Shown here one piece after another: positions 1 to 28,496 of a stretch of 64,000 bases of DNA (positions within the stretch are counted from its first letter, which is position 1; every line of letters begins with the position of its first letter). The notes beneath the pieces were generated by a model. That model was given only the letters and a program-made list of their open reading frames with translations. It was not told where the DNA came from and did no database searches. A program made the translations under genes and the position numbers. This DNA comes from Ancylonema sp. (taxonomy: Eukaryota). Where the stretch lies: assembly GCA_050230475.1 (NCBI GenBank), contig JBFLGF010000051.1:1-64000 (forward strand), written 5' to 3'.

Positions 1-221
1 TAATTAAAAAAAAACCCTTCAAAAAAAAAAAGGAAAAAAAAGAAAAGAAAATAAGCCTTAATATCAAAAATAAAACTCAAAACCGAAAGAACTAAGTAGT
101 ACGGTGCAGCCGTTTCTTGTTTTGGTTCTTGGCGATGCGTACGGACGGAGTCAACCGATCTTCCAAGAACCGCGGCACATGTACGGATCATGGCTGCCTT
201 CCAAGTTTTCTAAGTTTGGCG

Positions 222-15519
<15,298 letters not shown>

Positions 15520-16369
15520 TCTCCTCGTTAGCAAAGACTCGCTTGGGCTGGAGGAGGTGCGGAGAAAAAGAAATGCGTAAATTTGTTTGATGTATCAAGT
15601 CAGCTTGTTTGTATCAGCCGAGGAGCCCTCTCTCAAGAATCGTTTTAAGGCGATTTTGTAAAATAACAAATATTTGAGATATGGTTGACATACGTCGAAT
15701 TTAGTTTTCTAGTTGTGTTATATGTCGAACCTAGTCATAAGCTACGTGTAAGTGTGAAGCAAGGGGGGAAGAAGTAGCACTCAATAATTAGGTTGTTGAT
15801 GCATAGTCCTTGTCATAAGCTGTTGCTATATCATTTAAATTTTCTTCATGGGTGGAAGGAGGGTGAGCTTCGAGCTTCAAACTATTGCTTTCACTCTTTC
15901 GGTAATGAATGATTAGGTGGCGTTGATACGCAAATGACGATGAGATGCACAACGCACAATAGTGACCGTCGTTGTCAGTGGACGGTCCGGACAAGTCCGG
16001 ACTCGTCCTTGGCGCCTCCAAAACTCGAATATTTGAAAGTACAAATTTGTCGGCAAATCCGACTACATGTCAAGCATTGGTGGTGAGTACAATGAACATA
16101 GATAATGGACATTGTACGATGCGGTACTTAGTACTGCATAGTATCGTGCAATGACCGGTATTTGTATGGAACTTTCGCACCATTACACGAATGGTTGTCA
16201 TTTTGTTTCTCGTGTAGTCGTAAAAATATGAAATAACGGAGAGCCGAAAAGCATAGCTCGAGAGCAACCCATGGACATTGCGGCGAGTAGAACGATAACA
16301 AAACTAGAGCAGCGTTCATCACAACGACGCAATTTTTTTTCGATCGTCGACAACACATATGTTAAATAC

Positions 16370-16655
16370 CATAGTTGGGCCTGATTCATCCCGATCCCTG
16401 ATCCGGATCGGCGCCGGATTGGAAATATCTGATCGGATCGGGCCCAACACGAGGGAAAACAAAAACCGCAAGTTTTAGGGGTTTACACCACAATGGTTGC
16501 ATATGAACTTCCCCCTCCCCATCGATTTTCACCTAATGTTCAGCGCCTCCGATTTAGATCGGAACTGAAAAATCAATGCGCCGAAATCGGAAATTTCCCA
16601 AAAAAATAAATGCGCCAAATCGGAAATTTCCCGATCGGATCGGGCTCGAATCTTG
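16370..16655. mobile_element. hAT-like MITE remnant with CCGATC/GATCGG subterminal motifs
   Basis: CATAGTTGGGCC at 16370, inverted GGCCCAAC at 16441-16448, and repeated CCGATC/GATCGG motifs through ~16650. No TSD found. Confidence 0.45.
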
Positions 16656-16719
16656 TTCACACATGATTCGTTTGCATATACGCGTGTTGTACGCGGGGGT
16701 GTTTGTGCGCGCGCGCGCG

Positions 16720-16847
<128 letters not shown>

Positions 16848-17440
16848 AGCAGAGAGTACGTTAATATTGGGGGCGGAAAAACGAAGCACAAAATGAGGAA
16901 AGCAGTTTCGAGTCGATCTTTATTGGATCACAAACAATTTTCGACACGAATTGATGTTGAAATTAAATAAAGATGCTTTGAAATACGGAGTGCAAGTTTT
17001 TTTTTTTTTTTTTTAAAGTGAAAAGTCCTCGTGAAAGTCTAACATTTTCACCAATGCACATGCAAAAAAAACACCAGGATGGTGATTGCACAAACTCTTG
17101 AATTGCATGTAATCGACATCGTTGAATATACGTCGTTTCAAAAACAAGCTGCTGCGCGACCGAAGCAAAATAATATTTCGACGTACGAATCAGTTAAAAT
17201 GTGGAAGTATTTCGTTATTTTCTTTTTGAGCTATAACCACATAAAATACTACAGCCAAAGCATAGACGGGCGACTAAATCTTAGAAAACCAGGTTCGGCC
17301 GTGGAAGTTGTCAACATTCCGAAATAGCGTTGTTTGATACCAACATTATATTGAAAGTTTTCGTCCCCATGAACTCGGGAACTCTTTTATGAAATCTATC
17401 GTGAATAATGGGGTCCATTCACCCGGTCATGTCTTAACAC

Positions 17441-18014
17441 CAGTGATGCACCGGGACTGCAAAAATGCATGCAAACGCCGTATTGCAAACGCGTACGTAC
17501 GGAGTACGTGCGTACGACGAAAGTTGCAAAGGCGTTTGACGACGTTTGCAAAGCGTTTGCATTTGAAAACGTTCGAATTTGCAAACGTTTCGCAAACGTC
17601 CGCAAAGTATTTCTTTAGTTTACCTGTAGGTACACATCCGGTAACTGAAGTACGCAAGTTTGTAACACTCGTCATCATTGTTCATGACTTTCACCATTAA
17701 AAAGGTAACCAGTATTTTTTGAAACTTCCAAAAGGTCAAAAACAATCTACACGCAAACGTTTGCGATCGCAAACGTTTGCATCCGTACAATCCGTACACG
17801 TTTTCCGCATTCCACGGACGTATTCCAAACGTTTGCAATCGCAAACTTTTGCATCGTACAGTCCATACACGTTTGCCGTATTTTACGGATGTATTCCGGA
17901 CGTTTGCGAGAAAATCCATACGACGTTTGCAATTGCCAAGGACGGTAGATTGCTCTCGGCCCCGTGCGGAAAACGTGCCGCACAGAATACGGGCCCCGTC
18001 CCGGTACATCGTTG
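17441..18014. mobile_element. 574-bp hAT-like MITE with GCAAACG subterminal repeats
   Basis: TIR CAGTGATGCACCGGGAC / GTCCCGGTACATCGTTG (14/17). 8-bp TSD CTTAACAC / CTTAAAAC (7/8). Many GCAAACG/CGTTTGC motifs. Confidence 0.8.
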
Positions 18015-18082
18015 CTTAAAACATGACATGAAACTTATTGAATCAAAATAATGAACGAAGCCCTTTAAAAATATCGCGAAAA

Positions 18083-18430
18083 TATAGTTGCACAAACCTG
18101 TCGGACTACGTTTTACAGTCCGCATCTCGGACCGGGGTCCGTCGTTGGAGGCCAAAACCTCGGACCGGCTGTAGCAGGGTATTTCATGTTTTTCTTTTGG
18201 ATTTTGGGAGGATTTGGAGAAACAATTCCATAAACATTTATTTCGTGAATAATTTAACCTTGTGCATGGCAAATAAACGTTTAGGCTGGTATTCGCCGCC
18301 AAGTCCACATTTCCCCCCAAAATGCCCGCAAAAAAAAAAAAAACCCTAGAACCGAGAGGCCGTCTCGGTCCCGACCTCGGACCCGGGAAAACCGCGGTTT
18401 TAAAATCAAGTGGTGCCGGTTTGGGTAACT
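18083..18430. mobile_element. One end of a GGACCG-motif hAT-like element
   Basis: TATAGTTGCAC start and CGGACC motifs, like the left end of 41237-42846. No right end found. Confidence 0.45.
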
Positions 18431-18542
18431 ATACGTGAACACGTAACTATTTTTGAACACCACACGTAACTCCCGCAAAACTTCATCGGGAAGGAAAAAA
18501 TCGAGTTGCTTATCGATATCACATGTCACGACGATATCACTT

Positions 18543-18597
18543 GTCGTGTCGTGTAGTGTCGTGTCGCGACGTGTCGTGTCGTGTCGTGTCGTGTCGC
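18543..18597. repeat. (GTCGT)n pentanucleotide repeat
   Basis: Directly visible. Confidence 0.85.
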
Positions 18598-19099
18598 GTA
18601 TATTGTCGCGTTAGTAGAACATTATCCGCGATTCAATAACATTTCCGGCACAATTTTATGAACTTGTAATGCAAATATTTTTGACTGGCTCAATCGATTT
18701 TAGCGATGAGTGGCATCATCACTTATGGTTATTACAAGTTGCGGTTACGCGAGTGTTGCATACATGACACAAAACGATACGTACGTATGTGCTCTTAGAG
18801 TACACATGCATCTACTGCGAAGTAGGTGTCGATTGATCTTTCTTGTTACATCGATAATATACGTGGTTTTGATTTTTACGTATTACGACGAGAATTTCAG
18901 CGGATTATGGATTAAGATGGATCCGGGCCCGTAGTGACATAAAGAATTGAGTCGACCATATTATTTCGTTCTCGCACAAAGATCCCGTTTTATTTGAAAT
19001 GCTTTATGTGTTTACTCTTACGCATAGGACGAAAGCAAAACATTCACATCCCTAGTTGTGATACGTGCTATAGAACTACGGAGGGTTACCAACAAACAA

Positions 19100-19450
19100 A
19101 ACCACTGTATTTTCCAAGATTTTCAAGATATCGGATTTCTCTAATAATCGTATCGTAACTTATCGTAAATCCGTTTGATAACGTCGTCCAATTTTAATTT
19201 TGTCAAGTCGGGTAGCATCATTGTGCGAGTTGATCGACTTATATCGAGGACACTCTTGATGCGGGAAATTGATAAAAAATAAACTAATATCATACCAATA
19301 TTTGTTAGAATGAATAATGTCGCAACATTAATTTGTCGACGGGTTGTCGATTTTCTATTTGTTTTCATCGATATTGCAATAAGTTGTTGTAATGTCGATA
19401 AGTTGCTAAGCAATTTGGTGTGAGCAAATTAGATGTATGCGTGAATATTG
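19100..19450 (-). pseudogene. Possible highly degraded LINE reverse-transcriptase fragment
   Basis: Minus-strand peptide LKLDDVIKRIYDKLRYDY resembles the L1 RT motif LKLDFEKAYDRVRWDFL. No other support. Confidence 0.3.
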
Positions 19451-20708
19451 GTACCAAGTTAGGGGCTTGGTATCAATAACATCGATAAATGGTGATGTTT
19501 TGAATAGAGCGGACTTATCTTTTTAGAGTCTGCCGACGTGGATATCTAGTCACACATGTCATTCTATCGATAGGGTTGGGCACGATTGTGCCAGACATTG
19601 CTTGGAGTATGGAAGTCGGCTGTCGGCTAATACTCAATAATTCTGTCTCACCAAAATTACGGCGTTGCAAGTGTTCTTTGCTTTGCGTGTATTTGCATGG
19701 AGAAGTATACTATCGTTGAGTTCTAGTCCTGACCTTAGTCGATCCACTTCCAGAAAATGTCTGGAAGTCAAAAATATTGTTATTCCATCGAAGGTAATTA
19801 TGTTCAGGGACGAATGCAAATTGGTGGTAAAAGTGTTGACATATGTATGAAATTGTGGAGAACCATATAAAAAGCGCATCCTGCACGATAGCTTTGGACC
19901 GTTCGTTTCAAGTTTTCTGGAGGTATATGGGTGAGTACATGTCAGAGGTACGAAGGAATGGACGGGCTAAGGTGAATCCAAGCAGCTCGTAGCCCGGCTC
20001 TTCAAGAATTCCTGTCGTCGTAATGAACGACCACATCCCGACGATCCCTTTCTTTGCCGCCCCGTTTTTGCGAAAACGAAGGGGAAAATTTGCGCCAGAA
20101 TAACTCCGGCATGCGCTCAAAAACAGGCGTGCATGGAAAGAAGAGACTGGTCTCACGATCACACCAAACAATCAATACCAAATAATCTTAGCCGTTCGTT
20201 TGCATGGAACGTGATGAGCCGGCAAAAAGTATTGTTGTCAACGCCTCTACGCGTGGAATAGATACGAAAGATCCCGAAATTACGGCAACGTGACATCCTA
20301 CAACCACAAACGACAAACTCGTAAAATAGTTAATCATTCCAAATGTCGTTCGATTAGGCACGTGGCAGTTCTACGCGGGATTTTCGTTTTCAAAACAAAG
20401 GGTCTTGTTGGGAACGTAGGGCCGACATATTCGAGTCCCTGTGGCGTATAGGTCTGTGTTTTTTTGCCGCTACCGATAACCTCCGTCCAGAACTACGCAC
20501 TGCGCTCATAGAAGACACCAAAATTCTTGGGTCCCTGCGAATCCCCATCGCCATAAACTTCAAAAAAATCATGTGTTACGCCAGCAGACAGCAAGCGAAC
20601 AAATGCCACCAACCTTTTTAAGGCCTCTCAAACTCTTTACAAAACGCGGTGATCCAGTAACCATCATTAATCTCCAGAATTCCGACAAATCTTCCCCCAA
20701 TCTCAGTC

Positions 20709-22742
20709 ATGACGCATTCGTGTGTCACTTGCCCTAAATGCGGCGAAAGTGGTAATACGAGTGATCACCGCCACTGTAACATCCGTCTATCACTTCCGAA
20801 CCGCAGGCGACAATACGTTAACGACGGAACCACCTGCAATAGTCGATACCTCCGGCTCTGGCTCCTCGTCGCGTCTACGGCTCTGTTACTGCCACGTGTT
20901 GCGGGTCAGGGTCTTGATTCTGTTTTTGTAATGGAACTCCATGGAACAAATGACATTTCGCATCCTGGTGATCCGGATGCCACAGGCCAAGCAAAACTGA
21001 ACTTTGACTCGCGAACCGGGACATGTTTCTATGATATTCGGTAAGCAGGATGACAAAACGTGTCCTGACACAACCATGGTGCCCTAGTCGTACGAACTGA
21101 ATACCGATGAATCATCGAAAGATTTCATCCCGGCATCAAATTTCGACCATTTGGGTTGTACACACAGATTTTCTTGGGGTACTTCATTAGTGTCGCTGAT
21201 TCTGATTGATGCTTGTAGGATCAGATTATATGCCATGCACATCGATATCTCGTTCATCCACTAATACACCGCCGCCGTCGATTTTATGGTGCAGGCTCAC
21301 AGGAACTTCAGAACCGACAGCCATCAGCATCCTGAGTGGTGGCCCTCTTGACACGTCAGGATCGGGCCTGGCTGACGAGAGCGGTGCAATGGCGTCGTTG
21401 CTGACGCGGAACACGCGAATCACGAGCCGAGGTTACGGCCACTACAGAATTGTCGGTGCAGTACCCATGTCGCTGAATCTTATTCGGGACATCAGCAGCC
21501 GGCCATGGCTGTACTACTTGCAAGTGTGGACAACGCAATTTGAATATGGTATGTCAGATTTAAGCATCGACAACAGAATCGACTTATTGGTGACTAACAT
21601 GTTCATCCTAATTTTCCTACCAATGCAACATGACGTCGGTATTTAGAGAAGAGAACAGTAATTGAAAAAAAAACAGGTGAGTGTACTGGCGTGCTGTGTT
21701 AATGATTATACTTTTTCATTTTCGACAGCCATAATTGAAAAATGACGATTTGTAGACAATAGACAGTGTGTCGAGAGTCATAGCAAGACCTTGGGCCCGA
21801 ACCCACACACGCGTATGCGACTTCACTTCGGAGTTCGTGAATAGTGTCCATTTCGAATGCTTGTTCCTTCCATCTGTCGCCAGAATTATGAAAGTTCATT
21901 TCCAGTTCTGATCTGTGTGAGTCATTTGATTCTTCATTTTTTAAGGTGCTGTGCGTTCTCAACTCCAAGACGAGCACGGCGGCGGTGTCTCCGTCACCTA
22001 CAGCGACAGCAACATCGACAACTGGAACGGCAGTCAAGACGAGTCACTCAGTGCCATGTCGACCGTCACTTCATCCGGATCCCACGGCCCCGGTTGGGAA
22101 GCGGCGGCACTCAGCAGTCAAACCCGCGACCCAGCGACTGCCGCCCAGCTGCGAGCCCGTACCCAAATGCCAAATCCCACACAAGGCTCCAACCCCGGAG
22201 AAAATGCCCTCTCCAACCTCCTTCAGTACCACTTCCCGAAGGTCTTCCAGAATATTCCGCACACCCCGGCAGCGCGAGCCCAGCCACAGGTCTCGGTGCA
22301 AACCCAAACGCAAGTGCAGGCACAAACTCAGGCGCAAACCCAGACACAAGCACAAGCGCAGGCGCAGGCGCAGGCGCAAACGCAGGTTCAGAGTCAAACT
22401 CAGATTCAGGCGCAAACACAGACTCAAGTGCAATCCCAGCGACAAACGCAAGCACAAGCTCAACGACAGGCGCAAGCACAACAACATGCACAGGCGCAAT
22501 TGCAGTCACAAGCACAACTCGAAGACCACGCGCAAATGTCGACGCCACTACAAAACCAGGCACAATCCCAGGCCCAGGCTCAAGCCCAGGCGCAAGCCCA
22601 GGGTCGTGACCCCGGTTCGGCCTCGAGTTTCAGAAGCGGCTCAACGAGAATCCCTTCAAGCATGGGGGGGGGGGAGTTGGGTTCGAGAAGCGGTTGGGAA
22701 TCGGGTTCCCGGATGAGAGGGATGCCGCAAGCAAGGACATGA
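20709..22742 (+). CDS. CHRD-domain protein with Gln-Ala/Gln-Thr repeat tail, possibly secreted
   Basis: Exons 20709-21040, 21295-21548, 21946-22742 in consistent phase. Hydrophobic [17 protein letters not shown], then [28 protein letters not shown]...[19 protein letters not shown] (CHRD-like), then (QA/QT)n. Confidence 0.72.
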
Positions 22743-23711
22743 AGTATGAAGTGAGGAATGGTGGAGGATGTTGTGGAGTGTTGGGTGACAGTTGAGCCGA
22801 CCTTTTACTTTACAACTTGGCACTTGTGTAGGTGATTATCGAGTAACAGTCGAGTCGTTATAGCTCAAGTATTGTCAAAGTATTGTGTCCAAGATAGTTT
22901 CAAAAGTGAAAGCTAGGAGTAAAATAATAGGAGATAACTATACTTGACGAGGTATAAATCTCTAGTGAAATCTATGTTTAAGGTAGAGCCTAGTTCACAA
23001 TTGACAACATGTGTTGTCGAGTAGTATTTGTACCATGCACTATGGTGTCTTCGGATGCTCTTTTCTTTAAGCGTGATCGAGTGAAACCGATTGGGAATTT
23101 AAATCAAAACTTCATCTTACTTCATACATAGCTCATGTGGCGGAATGGTTCCTTTGCACAAAAGTGGTTTGCACCGGTTGTTCATTCTCTCATTGTGAGC
23201 TGAAGCAAGTTCCAAATGTAGTCTTTGATGAATCTCGATGAGCATTACACGCGCAGTTCACCAAATTCGCCTTGAGGGACCAATGTGACGTTAGAAGTTG
23301 CGTAGGATTTCACTTGTGTAGAATGAAAGGCCATCAAATCGTACTATTTGAAAGCCAAGATCGAAACCTTGTGTGTGGATTCATTAGCAACAAATAGCCT
23401 CGTATCATCTTTGTTCTATGCCCCTTCAACTTTGCTTGCAATCACTGAAAGTTACTCAGCATGGAGGTGTGACACTTTGACGGTCATCTTTTAACTTTTG
23501 ACATGAGTGTAATCCAAATCCCATAAAATGTTGATACACACACTGGATAGAGCATCACGAATACTCTAAAATCACAATAACCTTGTCGACCTTCCCTTCC
23601 CATCGCAACATGTTGTTGTAATTTAAAGAGATTTATACAAATCATTGACAGCAGCCCGCGTCAATCATAGCATGTGAACATACGCAAAGACACATATCGA
23701 AAAAACATACA

Positions 23712-26700
23712 TCACGACCATGCTTCGATGCAGAACCGCCCCGCCTTCTCCAGCCTCCCGATATACTTGGTCGCAGCTCCGACATCCATCCCCCCCTCCT
23801 TTTGTATCACATCGATCAACGCGTTGGTGACGTCAGTGGGCATTTTAGACGCGGATCCCGAGACGAATATGTGTGCCCCTCCTTCTCCTTGCAACAACTT
23901 CCATATCTGCGCACCACTCTCCCTGATTCTGTGCTGGACGTACACCTGTGACGGACGGCAGGAGAATGGAAAAGAACGGGTCGGAATCGTAAGTAGGAGG
24001 GGGGAGATATAGCAAAGAAAAATATGAAGGTATTTGTGAAGACCATGAGAGCACGTGCGGGCCCCCCCATTACAAAATAGAAACTAGAGTAAATAGAGTA
24101 TCACAGACCAGGAGATACTTTTCATCATTCATCATACTCCAGTGCACTCATAGCAGGTCGTAACCTGACCCATGTCTCCCTATGTGCTACCCAGCCTAGC
24201 AGCCACTACGGCATGTGCCACCTGGCGCTTCGATGCAACCTCCGCCCCCTCACCTTGGAAGGCTGATCTCTTGAGAACGCCACTTTCAACCCCCCCCCCC
24301 TCTCCCTGGCCAGCACCCCCCCCCCCTCCTCATGCCGCCGCCACTCTTCCGCATACAAAAAGTCTTTGCTTTTCCGACGGCAACCAAAGAAGAACAGGAT
24401 CGGACCCACGCCCTCCTCCCCCACCCCCACCCCCCCCCCTCCCCCCCCCCCCCCTGCTGCAGACCTGCTGCCCGTTCTTGGATGAATGCCCGAAAGGGGG
24501 CGCATCCTGTGCCAGGCCCAACCAGAATGAGGGGCGGGTTGGGGGGGGGGAGGCGGATCGCCCCCTTTTCAATCCATACGGGTGCGTAGTGAGTGCCAGC
24601 TGGTGATGGGTCCAGACCGGCCAACCAGGAGGAAGCCAGCCCCTTCCGGATTCGCTTATAAGGAGTCCTCCACTCCACTACAGCGACCGTGATCTCTGCC
24701 GCGGTTGGGAGGGCGGAGGGGGCGGAACAGATGGAGAACGCGCGCGGTTGGAGGCGGGGGGAGAGGTGGAGGAGCCATTCGAGGGGGGGGGTGGCGGAGG
24801 GGAAGTCTTGGAGGACCTCTAGCACCGACCTGCGCTCTCTCTCGTTGTATCGGTGGAGGTCGTCGCGTCCATCGGCTGTTGATAAGTAGGACAGACGCTC
24901 TTGCTCGCGCTCGTCGGATGCGAAATGGCTCAGAACCTGACACGTGCGGAAGGGGGGAGGTGTATGTGGGTACACCCGATACTCATTTGGGAGTGTAAAG
25001 AGGTGATGTTCTCTGGGTGGTTTCTCTTTTCCTTTTTCTATATCTCTCTCTATGTCTTTTCTTTTTCTCTTTCCTCTTCCTTATCCGTTTTCCCTTTCTT
25101 TTCCTTTTTCTTTCACCTTTTTCTTTTCCCTCTTCTTTTTCTTCCTCTTTTTATTTTCCCTTCTCTCTTTCTTCTTCTTTTCCTTCTGTTCCCCCCCCCC
25201 ACCCCCCCCCCTCTTCATTTTTATCTTCTTCTTTCTGTGTGTACCTCAAAGAAGTATCTGCGAGGAGAGGCTGAGGTGACGTCCAAACAGGACGAAACCA
25301 ACGATCCGATACTGTGGGCACTGTGGGTACTGTGCCTACTCCGGGGGTATACCCCCCTACCACTGCCCTCTGCCACGTCAGCGGCCTCCACCCGTACCGC
25401 AGCGTCCGGATCCAGTTGGCATCGTTCATAGAATGCTGCCAGCAAGGCAGGGTCCTGCTGAGGCCACATGTGCAGAATGTCCCCGGGGGAGTAGGACAGA
25501 CCCTGCACTGCAAACAGGGGTGAACCTCAGGTACCCTGGGGTTTGGGGTTCAGGGACCCACGCCCCCCCACCCCGCCTGCTTCTACTCACAGAGCCTGTG
25601 AGGTCCATCCTTATGTGGCGCACATCCTGATCGTGGTCGCCAGCTGTCAGCCTCTCATTGCACACCTGCACTCCCTCCCCCCGTGCCACGTCAGCACCAC
25701 ACCTGGCAGCCCCTCCCATCCCTCCCTCCATCCCTCCCTCCCTCCCTCCCTCCCTCCCTCCCTCCCTCCCTCCCTCCCTCCCTCCCTCCCTCCTCCCTCC
25801 CTCCCTCCCTCCCTCCCTCCCTCCCTCCCTCCCTCCCTCCCTCCCTCCCTCCCTCCCTCCCTCCCTCCCTCCCTCCCTCCCTCCCTCACCACTTTCGCAA
25901 AAAATGGGCGGTATCGTCCGTACAACGGAGCCCCCTCGCTGCTGACGTCACCATCCCCGATGCTGACGACAGCACCTGACGCTCTCGCACTCTCGTCGTC
26001 CATCACCCTCACCACTGAGGATGATGATGATGATGATGATGATGATGGTGATGATGTCGATGATGATGATGTTGATGAGGATGATGATGTTGATCCAGAC
26101 TCCACGGTCTTCCCTGGCGGTTGGACATAGGCCACCCTGAAGCGGGGTGGGTCCAACTCCCCCCTTACCCCGTCTCTGGAGGGGGGTGTGCAGTAGGGGT
26201 GGGATACCCGCACCCGCTCCTCCACCTTTCCCCACAGGGCTTCCAGCCACGGGTCGAGTTCCGCCTCATACCCGGACGGGTGCTGCTCATCCCCGAGCCC
26301 ACGTGGCATCAGGGGGCGGGCTCCGACATCTAGTAGACGACGGTCCAGCTTCTTGTCAACCACCTGTGGGGAGGGCGGGGACGGGGGCGGAAGCGGGGGC
26401 GGGTATCAGACATGAGGGTAGCCGTGTTGGGGGGTGAGTGAGAAGTGAATCCTGACATTGAACTTTGGGTAGCCCGAGTCTCCGAGACCGAAAACGGCGT
26501 AGCATGATGGGGAGGGGGAGGACGTTGACAACCAGGAGGGGCCGAGGGATTTACGGAGAAGGGAGCGCCAGAATCGCTGGGAGAGAGGGGGGGGGGGGGG
26601 GGAGAAGAGGGGGAGGGGTGGTGTAACTTTAAATGTTTCATGCAGGGTGGTATGGGGGGAATACTGATTGGTGGGATGGGTTCCGTTCATAAGTATTGGT

Positions 26701-28361
26701 TTCGGGTTAGAGCCAAACCAGAGATGCGCCTTGGACAAAAAATCGAAAAGGATTCTGACTGGCTTAGGAAACGGGTAGGCGCACAAAATGAGTTGAAAAC
26801 CGCACGAAATGTTTGTTGCACTGTTTTTGGAACCAGGAGAGGTGAAGCATAGTTTTGTAGTAACACTTCCATTATGCGAGCCCGTGATTTGGGCACTCCG
26901 GGATTCTACAGAATGATGTACATCAGAAGATCAGAGTAATGTTCTTGAGGACGTTTGAGGAGGTACTTGGAAGGTTGGATATAGACACAATAGATAGCGG
27001 ATATGTTATGCACAAGTGGTCCGGTTATGATTCATTGTGTGTAAGTTTTATAGGACTAGTTCTAGTCCTGTACGTTTATTACCGGCTAGTGTGGAGCTCT
27101 AGGGACTATGTGCGTATACACATCATTGTTGTCTGATCGATTGCTCTACTTATCACAAAAATCATTTCAAAACTTCTTCATCGCTCCGTACTCTTTGCTA
27201 AAGAATATATCGGGTGTGATATCGTGAAGGACGCCTGCACATAAATTTGTGATGTTTTCGATTGTTTGTTTGCATCATATGCCTTGAGTGCGTACCCCTA
27301 CTCGGATTTAAGAAGCCTTCCCAGCATTATTACACGTAGGGCTTCTTGTTGATCATGTTTTCGTTATCTTAAGGGAGATATATCGGATGTCGTTTTTTTT
27401 TTTTTTGAGAATGGTGTTCTGCGAGTCCCTAATATTTTATGGGGAGAGAAAGGCACGAGGCGGAAAATTTGTGAGATGAAACATTGTTGCTCGTTGGGAA
27501 ACTTCAGGTCTCTCATACCTTCCAATGCTGGACATGGCTTCTCGTATTGCAATGTCCCTGGACAGCGTCTTATCAGCGTCTTATATTTTGTGTTTTGTGC
27601 AACATGATGAGACACATCATCGACTGTCCGTGTGCGACCAAAAAAAGGAAAGGGCTTTCTTTTCCCTTTGTAGGGAATCGCACATGGCGCACAGAAGCCC
27701 CGCCCCTTTCCAGCCCGGAAAAACCTGCTAGTTTTTTTTTTTTTTTTTTTTTTTCTTAATTATTTCACAGTCAGAAAACCCTAAATCATGCAAAACTCCA
27801 TACATGGTCGATATTCTGCGTTCTGGATACAGAATCGTTTTCTGTATCCAGGCAGTACAACTAGCGATAAATTACTCACCACCCAGATTCGGTTTTGACG
27901 GATCTATATGCCACGACCAACCACCCCCCCGCCATAACCTCTCACCTTCATATTCGAGGGAGCCTCCCCCTGCCCCGTGGTCGACGCCACAAAAACGACG
28001 CAGGATTCCTCTGGAAGCCGATTCTGGCAACCAATGACAGCGTGACACCTGTCACGTTAGAGTCAGCGAGACACTTTCTGCCCCTTCTCTGAGTCAAGGG
28101 TATTGTTCCTTTACAGATGGGAAAGTGCACCGAGCAACACGCGATCAAGCGTACCTGCAGGTCCAGACACATGCGGGAACTCCTTGAACCTCAATTTTCA
28201 GTACGGATCGAACTTACTATATCATACGCGTCCATTGGCAAGACTCGAGGGCAATACAGCCGCCTTCGCGCCTCGCGCCCAACGCGCTCCGCTACATCTT
28301 GCGCGTTCCCCGTCTGGGAGCCGTACAAGACGATCAGCCGGAACCTTGGAGACTCTTCCAT
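23712..28361 (-). CDS. NDOR1: NADPH-dependent diflavin oxidoreductase 1 (NDOR1/ATR3/Tah18)
   Basis: Exons 28361-28218, 28023-27946, 26576-26457, 26363-25890, 25665-25591, 25502-25245, 24936-24254, 23945-23712. Motifs LYGSQTGNAQDVAER, STTGQGE, YAVFGLGDSGYPKFN, GLGDEQHPSGYE, PRAFSI, GPGTGCAPFR, FFGCR, AFSRDQ, VYVQH and terminal EAWS*. One frameshift in the homopolymer runs at ~24417-24453. Confidence 0.95.
25712..25887. repeat. (CCCT)n tetranucleotide array filling most of an NDOR1 intron
   Basis: About 175 bp of CCCT, i.e. (AGGG)n on the transcribed strand, immediately after the donor site. Confidence 0.95.
26019..26094. repeat. (GAT)n repeat encoding poly-Ser in the NDOR1 linker
   Basis: Minus-strand TCA repeats give SSSS between the flavodoxin and FAD domains. 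Confidence 0.9.
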
Positions 28362-28496
28362 CGCGTCTGATGCCCTTCGTCAGAGATACAATGAGTACAA
28401 GCATCCGCAACGGTAGTCTCCTCAGAGCCAGACACAGCTTCTGCAGCTGTCGCTACGGCAGAGCAGGCACATGTCTGGGACGCTGGGTGGGCTCTT

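Noticed and set aside
17441..18014. CRISPR-like array of palindromic GCAAACGTTTGC motifs
   Set aside because: Irregular short motifs in both orientations, bounded by TIRs and a TSD, in a eukaryotic context with no cas genes.
21857..22716. Protamine-like and Ala/Ser/Thr-rich ORFs overlapping the Gln repeat
   Set aside because: The repeat lacks stops in all frames; only the Gln frame completes the CHRD-like GAVRSQL motif.
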